A stretch of DNA of 64,000 nt from an uncultured Anaerolineales bacterium (GTDB lineage Bacteria > Chloroflexota > Anaerolineae > B4-G1). Of the stretch, positions 1 to 9,459 are shown piece by piece. The notes under the pieces are model-generated. The model worked only from the letters and a program-made list of their open reading frames with translations, searched no databases and was not told the DNA's origin. Location of the stretch: assembly GCA_964575455.1 (NCBI GenBank), contig CAZNRX010000002.1, positions 35,539-99,538 of the forward strand. Direction: 5' to 3'. Within the stretch, counting starts at the first letter, position 1, and every line of letters begins with the position of its first letter. The translations under genes were made by a program, and so were the position numbers.

Positions 1-676
1 TTTCCATCAAGTTGATGAAGGTGAACAGAGGGCGTTCCCCTTCGCTGCTTCGCTGGGCGCGGAGGTAGCCGACCACGTCGCGCAACGAGCGCTTGGTGTT
101 CCCCTTGAAGTTGATGCTAGCCTGCCACAGTGGGACGATGAGCGGGTGCATCGCGATGCGCAGCAGCAGGTTGTTGTGGGCGAACTGGTTCTGGAACGGC
201 GCGACAATTCGGCGTGCCAGACGTGTGTATCGCTCCATGAGGCGTCCCAGGATCTTCGGACGCGACTCTTTGATATCCGGGTAGTTTGGGACGGCACCAC
301 CGTAGTTGTAGAACTCGTCAAAGCCGCGATCGAGATCGTTGTCGACGACGCCAAGCAGGGGGTTGTTGCAGAAGCCAACGGTCTTGTAGCCGTCAGCCTG
401 CAGCAGCTCCGTTAGGGTCACCGTGTCTTTCCCCAGGGTGTCGTAGATCTGGGCGGTCATGTGCGTCGTCGGGTATTCCCCGGTGAAGAGTGAGGCGTGC
501 GAGGGAACGGTCCATTGGCCTGGCACGATCGCTCGCTCAAACAGGGTCGCGTCCTCGGCGAATGCGTCGACGAAGGACGTTGTCTGGCGTTCGTAGCCAT
601 AGCAGGACATGCGGTCCGCACGCAAAGTGTCGAGCACGATCAAGACGATGTCAGGTCTAGTCAATGGGTCCTCCAT
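1..676 (-). CDS. Sulfatase-like hydrolase (alkaline phosphatase superfamily), 3' end runs off window
   Basis: Manual translation from ATG at 676: MEDPLTRPDIVLIVLDTLRADRMSCYGY...WTVPSHASLFTGEYP. Not in the ORF track because it has no stop in the window. Overlaps the amt stop. Confidence 0.85.
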   Translation of the reverse strand, partial: MEDPLTRPDIVLIVLDTLRADRMSCYGYERQTTSFVDAFAEDATLFERAIVPGQWTVPSHASLFTGEYPTTHMTAQIYDTLGKDTVTLTELLQADGYKTVGFCNNPLLGVVDNDLDRGFDEFYNYGGAVPNYPDIKESRPKILGRLMERYTRLARRIVAPFQNQFAHNNLLLRIAMHPLIVPLWQASINFKGNTKRSLRDVVGYLRAQRSSEGERPLFTFINLME

Positions 677-2021
677 GTGATACGTCATTCGAATCCCTTC
701 CCCCGTTCTGCTTGCCGATGTAGCGATAGGGCAGGCTCAGGGCGAAGAACGTCAGCCAGCTGGTCAACCAGGCTGGCAGAGCGATGGCGCCCAGCCCAGC
801 CAGTTGGGCGATCAGCTGGCCCCGACCATCGCCGATGAATCCACTTGCTGGCAGGAAACCAGTCACACCCTGGCCAAGGACGGTGTGGTATTCCGTCAGT
901 CCCACGCCGTTCCACCCCTGACCAGAGCGACCGTCGGCGAAAAGGGCAACGGCGAGCAGCCCCCAGGCGCCCGCTGTGATACCCAGAGGGATCGTGGCTG
1001 TGGCGTCCGGCAGGCGCAACATCTGCTCGACCACGAAGACGCCCAGAGGCAAGAGGAGGCCAGCCACAATACCGGTCACTACGGCTGCCCACGGGGGAAC
1101 GAACGGGGCGCCCGCGGAGATGGCGATGAAACCGGCCGCCGTTCCTCGCGCCGACATCAGGGCATCGGCGTGTCCGATGGTGAACCAGCAGTAGGTCTGT
1201 GAAGCGATGGCGGCGCCTGCTCCGGCCAGCAGGCCGTTGATGGCGATGCGGGGGACGTTGAGCTCTGCGCCGGCAGCGTGGAAGGGGGTGCTGAGGGACC
1301 AGCCGAGCCAGCCGAGCCCGAAAAGCAGCGCTCCCAGGTTGGCGAGCAGCGGGAAGTGTGCTGGTGGCATCTCGACGGCGGGCTCCGCTTGTGGACCCTC
1401 CGGTGAGCCGTAGGGCTGCTGACGGCCCAGGCCCATGAAGGAGCCCAACGCCGCGAAGCCGCTCAAGAGGTAGACGACGGCGGAACCGCTGTGATCCACG
1501 AAGCCGTGCCCCTGCCCCAGCGTCGAGCCAAGGTTGGCCAGCCATCCGCCGCCCCAGGCCCAGCAGGCGGCCAACGGAAAGAGCCCGCTTGCTACGAGCA
1601 GCCCTCCGGCTACCATCTGCCAGCCGCGCGCCCGACCGGATAGACTCAGGATGGAAAGGAGCACTGTTGAGACGACCATGGGTACGTAGGCGAGGAACAG
1701 GGCATAGATCTCGGGGCTGGCTTCGTCTCCAGCGAGGAAGAAGCCCGCCAGACCGACCAGGCCCCACTTGCCCCCGCCTTCACCGGCGAAAAGACGGGCT
1801 AGACCGTCGAGCCCCGGATGGTCGCTCATCAGGCTGGCGCCGCCGAGATGGAAGGCGAACCCCACGGTGAAGTATCCCAGGGCGCCCAAAGCCAATGCCA
1901 GCGCGCCTACCGTGGTTGATCGGCGCGCCCGAGCTGGTTCCATGCCTCCCCAGGCCAGGAGAAAGAGACCTATGGGGATGAGGTAGCCAAGGAGGGCAGG
2001 CAACCAAGCCTCAATTGTCAT
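657..2021 (-). CDS. Ammonium transporter (Amt/Mep/Rh) family protein, degenerate
   Basis: About 11 hydrophobic segments; WGGGWL, FVDHSGSAVV and GWLGW motifs align by eye with AmtB, but pore residues are altered. Confidence 0.8.
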   Translation of the reverse strand: MTIEAWLPALLGYLIPIGLFLLAWGGMEPARARRSTTVGALALALGALGYFTVGFAFHLGGASLMSDHPGLDGLARLFAGEGGGKWGLVGLAGFFLAGDEASPEIYALFLAYVPMVVSTVLLSILSLSGRARGWQMVAGGLLVASGLFPLAACWAWGGGWLANLGSTLGQGHGFVDHSGSAVVYLLSGFAALGSFMGLGRQQPYGSPEGPQAEPAVEMPPAHFPLLANLGALLFGLGWLGWSLSTPFHAAGAELNVPRIAINGLLAGAGAAIASQTYCWFTIGHADALMSARGTAAGFIAISAGAPFVPPWAAVVTGIVAGLLLPLGVFVVEQMLRLPDATATIPLGITAGAWGLLAVALFADGRSGQGWNGVGLTEYHTVLGQGVTGFLPASGFIGDGRGQLIAQLAGLGAIALPAWLTSWLTFFALSLPYRYIGKQNGGRDSNDVSHGGPID

Positions 2022-2043
2022 ATTCGTTGCCTTACGGTAGAAT
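2015..2043 (+). promoter_or_regulatory. Putative sigma70-type promoter TTGTCA-17-TAGAAT
   Basis: Near-consensus hexamers with 17-bp spacing upstream of the Mut7-C to sbcC gene run. Confidence 0.5.
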
Positions 2044-2063
2044 GCAGACTGCGTTGATCATAG

Positions 2064-2594
2064 GTGACTATCTTACCAAACTCTAAGGTTTTGCCAAGTA
2101 TGGTGGCGGATCGACCTTCTCAGCAGCCTTCTGAGCCCGAGGCTCCCAGGTTGCTTGCCGACTGCATGCTCGGAAGGCTGGCTAAGTGGCTGCGGTTGCT
2201 TGGCTACGACACCGCTTACGAGAATGATGCGACGGACCACGAGTTGGCGCGGCGCGCGCGCGTCGAGGGACGCATACTTCTGACCCGTGATCAACAGCTT
2301 TCGGATCGCAGGGGGTTGAAGACCCTGTTCATCCGATCCCAGAAGCTAGAGCTGCAGCTGCAGGAGGTCTGCGAAGCTCTCGGCCCGCCGGCCGATCCAT
2401 CTCTTTCGCGGTGCTCTATCTGTAACGTTTTGCTGGAGAGCGTTGCTGCTGAGGACGTGGTTGACCGTGTGCCGCGGTATGTGCTCGAGGCGCACGCTGA
2501 TTTTCGTCACTGTCCTTGCTGTGGGCGGGTCTACTGGTCAGGCAGTCACGTCGACACGATGGACGAGCAATTGGAGGAATTTGACCTTTCCTGA
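2064..2594 (+). CDS. Mut7-C RNase domain protein (PIN-like plus Zn ribbon)
   Basis: LLADCMLGRLAKWLRLLGYDT, RILLTRD, RCSICN...CPCCGRVYWSGSH. True start may be a little downstream. Confidence 0.85.
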   Translation: MTILPNSKVLPSMVADRPSQQPSEPEAPRLLADCMLGRLAKWLRLLGYDTAYENDATDHELARRARVEGRILLTRDQQLSDRRGLKTLFIRSQKLELQLQEVCEALGPPADPSLSRCSICNVLLESVAAEDVVDRVPRYVLEAHADFRHCPCCGRVYWSGSHVDTMDEQLEEFDLS

Positions 2595-2600
2595 GCACGT

Positions 2601-3539
2601 TTGCTACGGGCGGTTTCGGCACCCCTGGGACGAGAGCTCTGGACAGGGAATGGTTGTGAGTGCGGGTGTGGTTTCATGCCCGTCGGGGGAGAGCGCTTCT
2701 TGGGTCTGAGTAGCGTCGGTATTCTGTATAACGCTCACATTCCCGAGGCCCGTTCCCTGGCGACGGAGATGGAAGTGTGGACGGGGGGGCGTGTGGACCA
2801 CGTCGCCGTCTGTGCCATCGACGATGCCTCCGATGTGCTCTGTCTATCGGAGATGGATCTCCTCGTCACGTTGGGCGGAGATGGCTCTATTCTCCAGGCG
2901 GCTCGCCTGGCAGCGCCGCATCGCGCGTTGATCTTAGGGATCAACCTCGGTCGGGTGGGATTCCTCAGCGAGGCCGAGACGCGTGAGTGCACGGAGGTGC
3001 TGTCCTCTGCGCTCGCTGGAGACTACTGGGTCGAGGAGCGCATGATGCTCCGGGTGGTGGCTCAGCGAGGGGGCAAGATACTGGGCGAGGGCGAAGCACT
3101 CAACGACGTGGTCGTCGGACGCGGCGCTCGGGGGCGCGCCGTCCACCTGCGCACCGATGTGGACGGTGGTGAGTTGGCGACCTACGTCGCTGACGGCCTG
3201 ATCGTTGCCACACCAACGGGGAGCACGGCCTATGCGCTGGCCGCCGGCGGCCCGATCCTTCCCCCAGAGTTGCGTAACATCCTGCTGGTGCCGGTCGCGC
3301 CGCACTTGAGCATGAGGCGACCGATTGTGCTGGCTGAGGGCGTCACGGTACGTATCACGGTCGTCGGACGTCGCCCGGCAGTCCTCACGGTGGATGGACT
3401 GCCGGAGGTCGAGCTGGAGAATCGGGACGTGGTGAGCGTGGAGGCCAGCCCGCACGTCGCGCGCTTCGCGCGGGTGCGGGAGCAGACCTATTTCTACAAG
3501 ACGTTGGTCGAGCGGCTAGTGCCGAGGAACAACAGGTAG
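2601..3539 (+). CDS. nadK: NAD(+) kinase
   Basis: LGGDGSIL, GINLGRVGFL, ALNDVVV, DGLIVATPTGSTAYALAAGGP motifs. True start probably near 2700. Confidence 0.92.
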   Translation: MLRAVSAPLGRELWTGNGCECGCGFMPVGGERFLGLSSVGILYNAHIPEARSLATEMEVWTGGRVDHVAVCAIDDASDVLCLSEMDLLVTLGGDGSILQAARLAAPHRALILGINLGRVGFLSEAETRECTEVLSSALAGDYWVEERMMLRVVAQRGGKILGEGEALNDVVVGRGARGRAVHLRTDVDGGELATYVADGLIVATPTGSTAYALAAGGPILPPELRNILLVPVAPHLSMRRPIVLAEGVTVRITVVGRRPAVLTVDGLPEVELENRDVVSVEASPHVARFARVREQTYFYKTLVERLVPRNNR

Positions 3540-3564
3540 GTGATGAGACAAGGCTGTTAATGTC

Positions 3565-4107
3565 ATGAACGAACCTCTGTACTGTGCGAATCATCCCAAG
3601 GTCGAGACGCGTCTGCGCTGCAACAAGTGTGGCAAGCCGATATGTATGCAGTGTGCGGTGCGAACGCCGGTCGGTTACCGCTGTCGAGAGTGTGTCAATG
3701 CACAGCAGCGGACGTTCTACGCTGGCTTCAGATCGAGCTACTACTTGATCGCTGCCGTCGTCGCGCTGCCGCTCTCGCTGGTGGCCGGCTGGCTCATTCC
3801 CCAGTTGGGCTGGTATACCATCTTTCTCGGCCCTGTCGTCGGCGGCGGTATTGCTGAGGCAGCACGATACGCTATCGGTCGCAAACGAGGCCAGTACACG
3901 TGGCTGGTGGTGTGCGGGGCCATCGTTGTGGGCGCGTTGCCGACCTTGCTGTTGTCGCTTCTCTCATTCGTGGGTCTCGTAGCAGGGGCTCCGGGCGTGC
4001 TGACCTATCTGGTCGGTGGACTCGCACGGCTTCTCTGGGTTGGCGTCTACCTGTTGACGGCGATAGGAGCAGCCTATGCTCGCCTGCGCACCGGAAAACG
4101 GGTGTAG
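3565..4107 (+). CDS. B-box-like zinc-finger membrane protein
   Basis: N-terminal CANHP...CNKCGKPICMQC...TPVGYRCREC followed by about 4 TM segments. Confidence 0.7.
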   Translation: MNEPLYCANHPKVETRLRCNKCGKPICMQCAVRTPVGYRCRECVNAQQRTFYAGFRSSYYLIAAVVALPLSLVAGWLIPQLGWYTIFLGPVVGGGIAEAARYAIGRKRGQYTWLVVCGAIVVGALPTLLLSLLSFVGLVAGAPGVLTYLVGGLARLLWVGVYLLTAIGAAYARLRTGKRV

Positions 4108-4116
4108 GAGGTCGCT

Positions 4117-5961
4117 GTGCTGCTAGAACTGCGCATTCGGGACTTTGCCATCATTGACGCGCTCGACCTGCGATTCAGCCCTGGTTTCATTGTGTTGACC
4201 GGTGAGACTGGTGCCGGGAAGTCGATCATCGTCGATGCTGTGGAGTTGGTGCTCGGTGAGTGGGCTGACAGCACGGTGGTGCGTGCTGGGGCGGATCGCA
4301 GTCTGGTGGAGGCGGTGTTCCGTCTGGAGCCTGGTCAGCGGGCCAGAATCGATCCAGTGCTGAGGCGAGAGGGGCTTGAGGGGGACGATGCCGGCCTGTT
4401 GCTCCTCGGACGCGAGGTGCGCCTCAACAGGCGGAATATCTGCCGGGTGAATGGGCGCACGGTCACGCTCACGCTTCTACGCCAGATGACGGAGGGATTG
4501 GTCGATATCCACGGTCAGAGCGAGCATCTCTCGCTGCTGCGGATGACTGAACACCTCAACCTCCTGGATCGGTACGCGGAGTTGGAGGCATTGCGGAGAT
4601 CGGTGACGGACGTCGTGCGTCGGGTGAAAGAGGTGAGAGGGGAGTTGGAGGATCTGAGGCGCGGTGAGCGAGATCTGGCGCACCGTGCCGATCTTCTCAC
4701 GTTCCAGATTGACGAGATCGACTCGGCCGGCCTCGAGGTGGGCGAGGAGGAACTGCTCCGCAAGGAGAGGCCGCGGCTGGTGAATGCTGAGCGACTGACT
4801 GAGCTGATGCACGAAGCGGTCTCCGCGATCGAGGAGAGTGAGCGTCAGACGCCCTCGGCGATAGACCTCTTGGGCACGGCCCTGCGCTCCCTGGCCGAAG
4901 CGGCCCGATTGGATCCGTCGTTGGAATCCCTCCTGGAGGATGGGGAGAGCATCAGCTTCCAGCTAGAGGAATTGGCGAGGCAGTTGCGCGCCTACCGAGG
5001 GGAGATTGAGTCCAGGCATAGTCCCCAACGACTTCAGGAGGTGGAGGAGCGCCTTGTCTTGATCCGGCGATTGGAGCGCAAGTATGGTGAGACGATCGAG
5101 GAGGTGTTGGCCTACGCTGAGGAGGCCGAGCGTGAGTTGGACGCGATCACGCATAGCGATGAGCGCATAGGAGAGCTGGAGGCAGAGGAACAGGACTTGC
5201 TGACCAACCTAAGTGCGCGCGCTTTGGAGCTCTCGGAGCGCCGGCGGGAGGCAGCTGCGGGGTTGGCGAGACGTGTGGAGCGTGAACTGGCCGATCTCAA
5301 TATGGAAGGGGCACGCTTCGGGGTGGGTTTTGAGTGGCGCCCTGACCCTGAGGGGGTTCCGCTACCTCCCTCAACGTCGGATCGGGCCTTCCGGGTCTCG
5401 AGTGCTGGCGTGGAGACCCTGCATGCTGTTGACGAAGGGGATGCTCCACGGGTGGCCTTCGATGGCTCGGGCATCGATCGGGTTGCGTTCCTGGTCTCGG
5501 CGAATCCAGGTGAGCCCCTTAGGCCAATGGCAAAGGTCGCGTCTGGAGGGGAGACGTCGCGGCTGATGCTGGCGCTCAAGGCGGTGCTCTCGCGCGTGGA
5601 CGAGACGCCGACGCTTGTCTTTGACGAGATCGATCAGGGTATAGGAGGGCGGGTGGGGGTGACGGTCGGCGAGAAGCTCTGGGGGTTGGCGGCGCGGGCA
5701 GACGCTTCGAGCCCGCGGCATCAGGTGCTGTGTGTGACGCACCTGCCCCAGTTGGCCAGCTTCGGAGATCAACACCTGCGCGTCGAGAAGCAGGTCGAAC
5801 GGACGGACGACGGGGAGCGCACGGTGACACGCGTCAGACCGCTGGAGGGCGAGGAACGGGTGAGGGAGCTGGCGCAGATGCTGGGCAGCGCTGGTGAGGC
5901 GGCCCGGCGCAGCGCTCAAGAGATCCTGACGCGCGTGGAGGAGCGCAAGGAGCGACGGTGA
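4117..5961 (+). CDS. recN: DNA repair protein RecN
   Basis: GETGAGKS Walker A, IHGQSEH, ASGGETSRLML signature, LVFDEIDQGIGG, CVTHLPQ. Confidence 0.95.
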   Translation: MLLELRIRDFAIIDALDLRFSPGFIVLTGETGAGKSIIVDAVELVLGEWADSTVVRAGADRSLVEAVFRLEPGQRARIDPVLRREGLEGDDAGLLLLGREVRLNRRNICRVNGRTVTLTLLRQMTEGLVDIHGQSEHLSLLRMTEHLNLLDRYAELEALRRSVTDVVRRVKEVRGELEDLRRGERDLAHRADLLTFQIDEIDSAGLEVGEEELLRKERPRLVNAERLTELMHEAVSAIEESERQTPSAIDLLGTALRSLAEAARLDPSLESLLEDGESISFQLEELARQLRAYRGEIESRHSPQRLQEVEERLVLIRRLERKYGETIEEVLAYAEEAERELDAITHSDERIGELEAEEQDLLTNLSARALELSERRREAAAGLARRVERELADLNMEGARFGVGFEWRPDPEGVPLPPSTSDRAFRVSSAGVETLHAVDEGDAPRVAFDGSGIDRVAFLVSANPGEPLRPMAKVASGGETSRLMLALKAVLSRVDETPTLVFDEIDQGIGGRVGVTVGEKLWGLAARADASSPRHQVLCVTHLPQLASFGDQHLRVEKQVERTDDGERTVTRVRPLEGEERVRELAQMLGSAGEAARRSAQEILTRVEERKERR

Positions 5962-8507
5962 TCCCTCAGAAACTCTCGCTGACGAACTTCATGTGCTATC
6001 GTGAGGCGGTGGTGGATTTCACCGGCATTCACGTCGCCTGCCTGGCTGGCGAGAACGGTGCGGGGAAATCGGCGCTGCTGGATGCCGTTACCTGGGCGCT
6101 GTGGGGACATTCTCGCCTGGGGGCTCGCGGCGATGACGACTTGATTCGGCTGGATCAGCACAGCATGCGGGTCGAGTTCACCTTCGAGCTCGGCGGCGAC
6201 GTCTATCGCGTGCTCCGACGGCGCGAAGCCAGTAAGCGCAGCCGCACGCTCCTCGACTTCCAGGTGTGGGACGGCGATCGATGGCGCACGCTCGTCGAAG
6301 GTGGCGTCCGGGCCACACAGCGGAAGATCGAGGACGTGTTGCGCCTCGATCACGATACGTTCGTCAACTCTGCCTTTCTGCGCCAGGGGCACGCCGACGA
6401 GTTCACGGTCAAGACCGCAGCGGAGCGGAAGCGGGTGCTGGGGGATATCCTGGGCCTCGATCGCTGGGCCGTCTATGAGGATCGCGTCAAGCAGCGTCTG
6501 CGGGCCATTGAGACGGAGCGCGAAGCGATCAGATTGCGGCTGGAGGAGATTGAGGCGGAGTTGGGGCGACGTTCCGAGTACCAGGCCCAACTCGCTTCGG
6601 CGCAGGCGGCTGTAGATGAGCTGAGTGATGCTCTGGAGGAGGCACAGGAGGCCTATCAGCAGATCGAGGCCGCCAGGACGGAGCTGCGACATGTCCAAAG
6701 GCAGATAGCCGATCAGGACGAACGAATTAAGCAGGCGGAGCGGGAGTTGGCGGGTCTCACCGAGGAGCGGTCCGCTCGTGAACAGCGGTTGAGAGAGTAC
6801 GAGCGGTTGCTGGTCGAACGGGAGGAGATCGAGGCTGGCTACCAGGCGTATCAAGAGGCGGTCGCCCACGAGCGCAAGCTGGGGGAGAGGTTACGCCAAT
6901 CGGTCGAGTTGGATGAAGTACGGCGAGCGTTGATGTCCGAGATCTCCAAGGCTCGACATCAGCTGGAGGCGAGGCGTGAGGTGTTGCTGCAGCGGGTTGA
7001 TGAGCTCGAAGCACGCTTGCCCAACGAGGAGCTGCTGGAGGAGCTGGAGGATGTGCGGGCCCAGCTGGAGCATCTAGGGCGGCTGTCGGAGGGGCGCGAG
7101 GCGGCGAAGGACGATCTATCAGAGATCGCGGAGAGGCAAGCGGAGCTTCGCGCGCGCAACGAGGGGCTGCGGCGGGAGATGGAGGCCCTGCGGGAGAGGA
7201 TCGAGGTGTTGAAGGAGGCGGATGCCCAGTGTCCGCTTTGCGAGCAGCTCTTGACGGAGGAGCACCGGCTGGAGCTGCTGGATCAAATCGAACGCGAGGG
7301 AAAGGCAAAGGGTGACACCTATCGGGCCAATCAAGCGGCGGTAGAGGAGCTGGACAAGCAGTCTTCGGCGTTGGAGGAGCAGATTGGGCGAGGGGAGCGG
7401 GAGCTTCGGGAGCTGTCACCGCTGCAGCGTCAGGCGGCGGCGCTCACTGAGCGGATTGAGCAGGGACGGCAGGCGGAGGGGGAGCTGGAGGAGACGCGGG
7501 TGGCCCTTCAGGCGCTGGAGGAGCGGTTAGCTGAGGAGGACTACGCCCTGGAGAGCCGGGCTCGGTTGAAGGATGTGTTGGCGGAGGCGGAGCAGCTGGG
7601 TTACGACGCTGAGGCCCACGAGGAGGCTCGTGAGGCCGTGGCGGAGGGACAGGTCTTCGCGGAGCGGAGGGCCCAGCTGGCGACGGTGCAGGAGAGGAGG
7701 GAGGAGGAGCGCGCGGGGCTTGAGCGACTGGTGCAGGTGGAGGAGCGATGGCAGGCGGAGCTCGCGGCCGCCCGTGAGCGTCGGGCGGCGTTGATGGAGG
7801 AGGCTGAGGCCCTTCGAGAGAAGCTCAGGGATGCCCACACGGTGGAGGAGCGTCTGCAGCAGATGCGGGCGAGGGAGTCGGAGGCTCGCCAGAAGTTGGG
7901 GGCGGCCCAGCAGCGGCTCGCAGCCTGTGAGGCCCTGGAGCAGCAGCGGGTGGACAAGCTGGAGCGGAAAGAGGATCTGGCGCGGAGAGAGGGTATCTAC
8001 GATGATCTGAGGATCGCCTTCGGCGTGCGGGGCGTGCCAGCGATGATCATTGAGGCAGCGGTGCCGGAGATCGAGGCGGAGGCGAACCGTCTGCTCTCAC
8101 GGATGACGGATGGCCGCATGCACGTGCGCTTCGATACGCAGCGCGAGACGAAGGCGGGCGAGGTGCGAGAGGCGCTGGAGATCAAAATCTCGGACGAGCT
8201 GGGCACACGGCCCTATGAGAACTACAGCGGTGGCGAGCAGTTCCGCGTCAACTTCGCCATTCGCATCGCCCTATCGAAGCTGCTGGCGCGACGGGCTGGG
8301 GCGCAGCTTCAGACGTTGGTGATTGATGAGGGCTTCGGAACCCAGGATGCACAGGGTCGACAGCGGTTGGTGGAGGCGATCAACGCCATCCAAGACGATT
8401 TTGCGCGTGTGCTGGTGATCACGCACATCGACGCGTTGAAGGACACGTTCCCGGTGCGCATCGAGGTGACGAAGACGCCAGAGGGATCGTCCATCGAGGT
8501 GATGTAG
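5958..8507 (+). CDS. SbcC/Rad50-like SMC ATPase
   Basis: GENGAGKS, long coiled coil, CPLC zinc hook, YSGGE signature, LVIDEGFG Walker B. Confidence 0.88.
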   Translation: MIPQKLSLTNFMCYREAVVDFTGIHVACLAGENGAGKSALLDAVTWALWGHSRLGARGDDDLIRLDQHSMRVEFTFELGGDVYRVLRRREASKRSRTLLDFQVWDGDRWRTLVEGGVRATQRKIEDVLRLDHDTFVNSAFLRQGHADEFTVKTAAERKRVLGDILGLDRWAVYEDRVKQRLRAIETEREAIRLRLEEIEAELGRRSEYQAQLASAQAAVDELSDALEEAQEAYQQIEAARTELRHVQRQIADQDERIKQAERELAGLTEERSAREQRLREYERLLVEREEIEAGYQAYQEAVAHERKLGERLRQSVELDEVRRALMSEISKARHQLEARREVLLQRVDELEARLPNEELLEELEDVRAQLEHLGRLSEGREAAKDDLSEIAERQAELRARNEGLRREMEALRERIEVLKEADAQCPLCEQLLTEEHRLELLDQIEREGKAKGDTYRANQAAVEELDKQSSALEEQIGRGERELRELSPLQRQAAALTERIEQGRQAEGELEETRVALQALEERLAEEDYALESRARLKDVLAEAEQLGYDAEAHEEAREAVAEGQVFAERRAQLATVQERREEERAGLERLVQVEERWQAELAAARERRAALMEEAEALREKLRDAHTVEERLQQMRARESEARQKLGAAQQRLAACEALEQQRVDKLERKEDLARREGIYDDLRIAFGVRGVPAMIIEAAVPEIEAEANRLLSRMTDGRMHVRFDTQRETKAGEVREALEIKISDELGTRPYENYSGGEQFRVNFAIRIALSKLLARRAGAQLQTLVIDEGFGTQDAQGRQRLVEAINAIQDDFARVLVITHIDALKDTFPVRIEVTKTPEGSSIEVM

Positions 8508-8512
8508 GCGTT

Positions 8513-8541
8513 TTGACTTGTCCGATTTGAGAAGGTATAAT
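8513..8541 (+). promoter_or_regulatory. Sigma70-type promoter TTGACT-17-TATAAT
   Basis: Near-perfect consensus about 70 bp upstream of the DUF4388 ATG. Confidence 0.75.
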
Positions 8542-8612
8542 GCCCTGGGGTGGCGCTTATCCTCGACTTGTAGCTCGTGGTCAAGACGCTTTCCTCTTAC
8601 TGGGAGGCAGAC

Positions 8613-9458
8613 ATGGCGCTTAAAGGGAATCTACGCGATTTCAGTATTGTACAGTTGCTCAACCTGATCAACCTGGCCAGGAAGACTGGGACCCTCAGGA
8701 TTGATCGCGGTGTTGAGCAAGCTCATTTGTCCTTCCGAGGGGGAAAGCTTGTCTACGCCACGCTGGATGGGGCTGGTCGGCAGCTGATTCCGGCGCTTAG
8801 AGAGGGTGGCATGATCACGGAGGAGCAGGCTCGCACGATCGGATCCCGCGCCGGTGCACGAAGCGACAAGGAGCTGGGCCTGCTGTTGATCAATGCGGGT
8901 TACGTGAGTCAGAAGGACATTCTCAAGAGCATGCAGGCCCGCGTCTTGGACAACGTCTATCCTCTCTTCAGGTGGGGTGAGGGCTCCTTCCACTTCGAGT
9001 CGGGCGAACCGCAGGTCGATGGCTTGATCACGGTGCGCATCGACCTGGAGAACCTGATTATGCAGGGCACGCGCCGGCTGGAGGAGTGGGAGCGACTCCA
9101 GGAGGACCTGCCAGACCTCCACGTTTCGCTCAAGTTCGCCGATCGGCCACAGACCAGCCTTCGGGATATCAATCTCAATGTGCAGGAATGGCGTGTGATA
9201 TCTTTCATCAATCCCCGCAACACGATTCAACAGATCGCGCAGTACAACAACATGAGTGACTTCCAGATTCGGAAGATCGTGTATGGACTGCTGCAGGCAG
9301 GGCTGGTGGAGATTGTGAGGCCCGAAGCAAAGGAGCCTAGGCGTGCTGGGGTCTCCGAGGTAGGTGCCACGTCGAAGCGGGTTTCCCCCAAGAAACGGCG
9401 CCCGGATGTCAAGCGGAACGTCATTATGAGGCTGATTGACCGCATCCGGGAGCTGTAG
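8613..9458 (+). CDS. DUF4388 domain protein with C-terminal winged-helix-like region
   Basis: MALKGNLRDFSIVQLLNLINLARKTGTL...LFRWGEGSFHF; GGAGG SD before ATG 8613. Confidence 0.8.
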   Translation: MALKGNLRDFSIVQLLNLINLARKTGTLRIDRGVEQAHLSFRGGKLVYATLDGAGRQLIPALREGGMITEEQARTIGSRAGARSDKELGLLLINAGYVSQKDILKSMQARVLDNVYPLFRWGEGSFHFESGEPQVDGLITVRIDLENLIMQGTRRLEEWERLQEDLPDLHVSLKFADRPQTSLRDINLNVQEWRVISFINPRNTIQQIAQYNNMSDFQIRKIVYGLLQAGLVEIVRPEAKEPRRAGVSEVGATSKRVSPKKRRPDVKRNVIMRLIDRIREL

Positions 9459-9459
9459 T

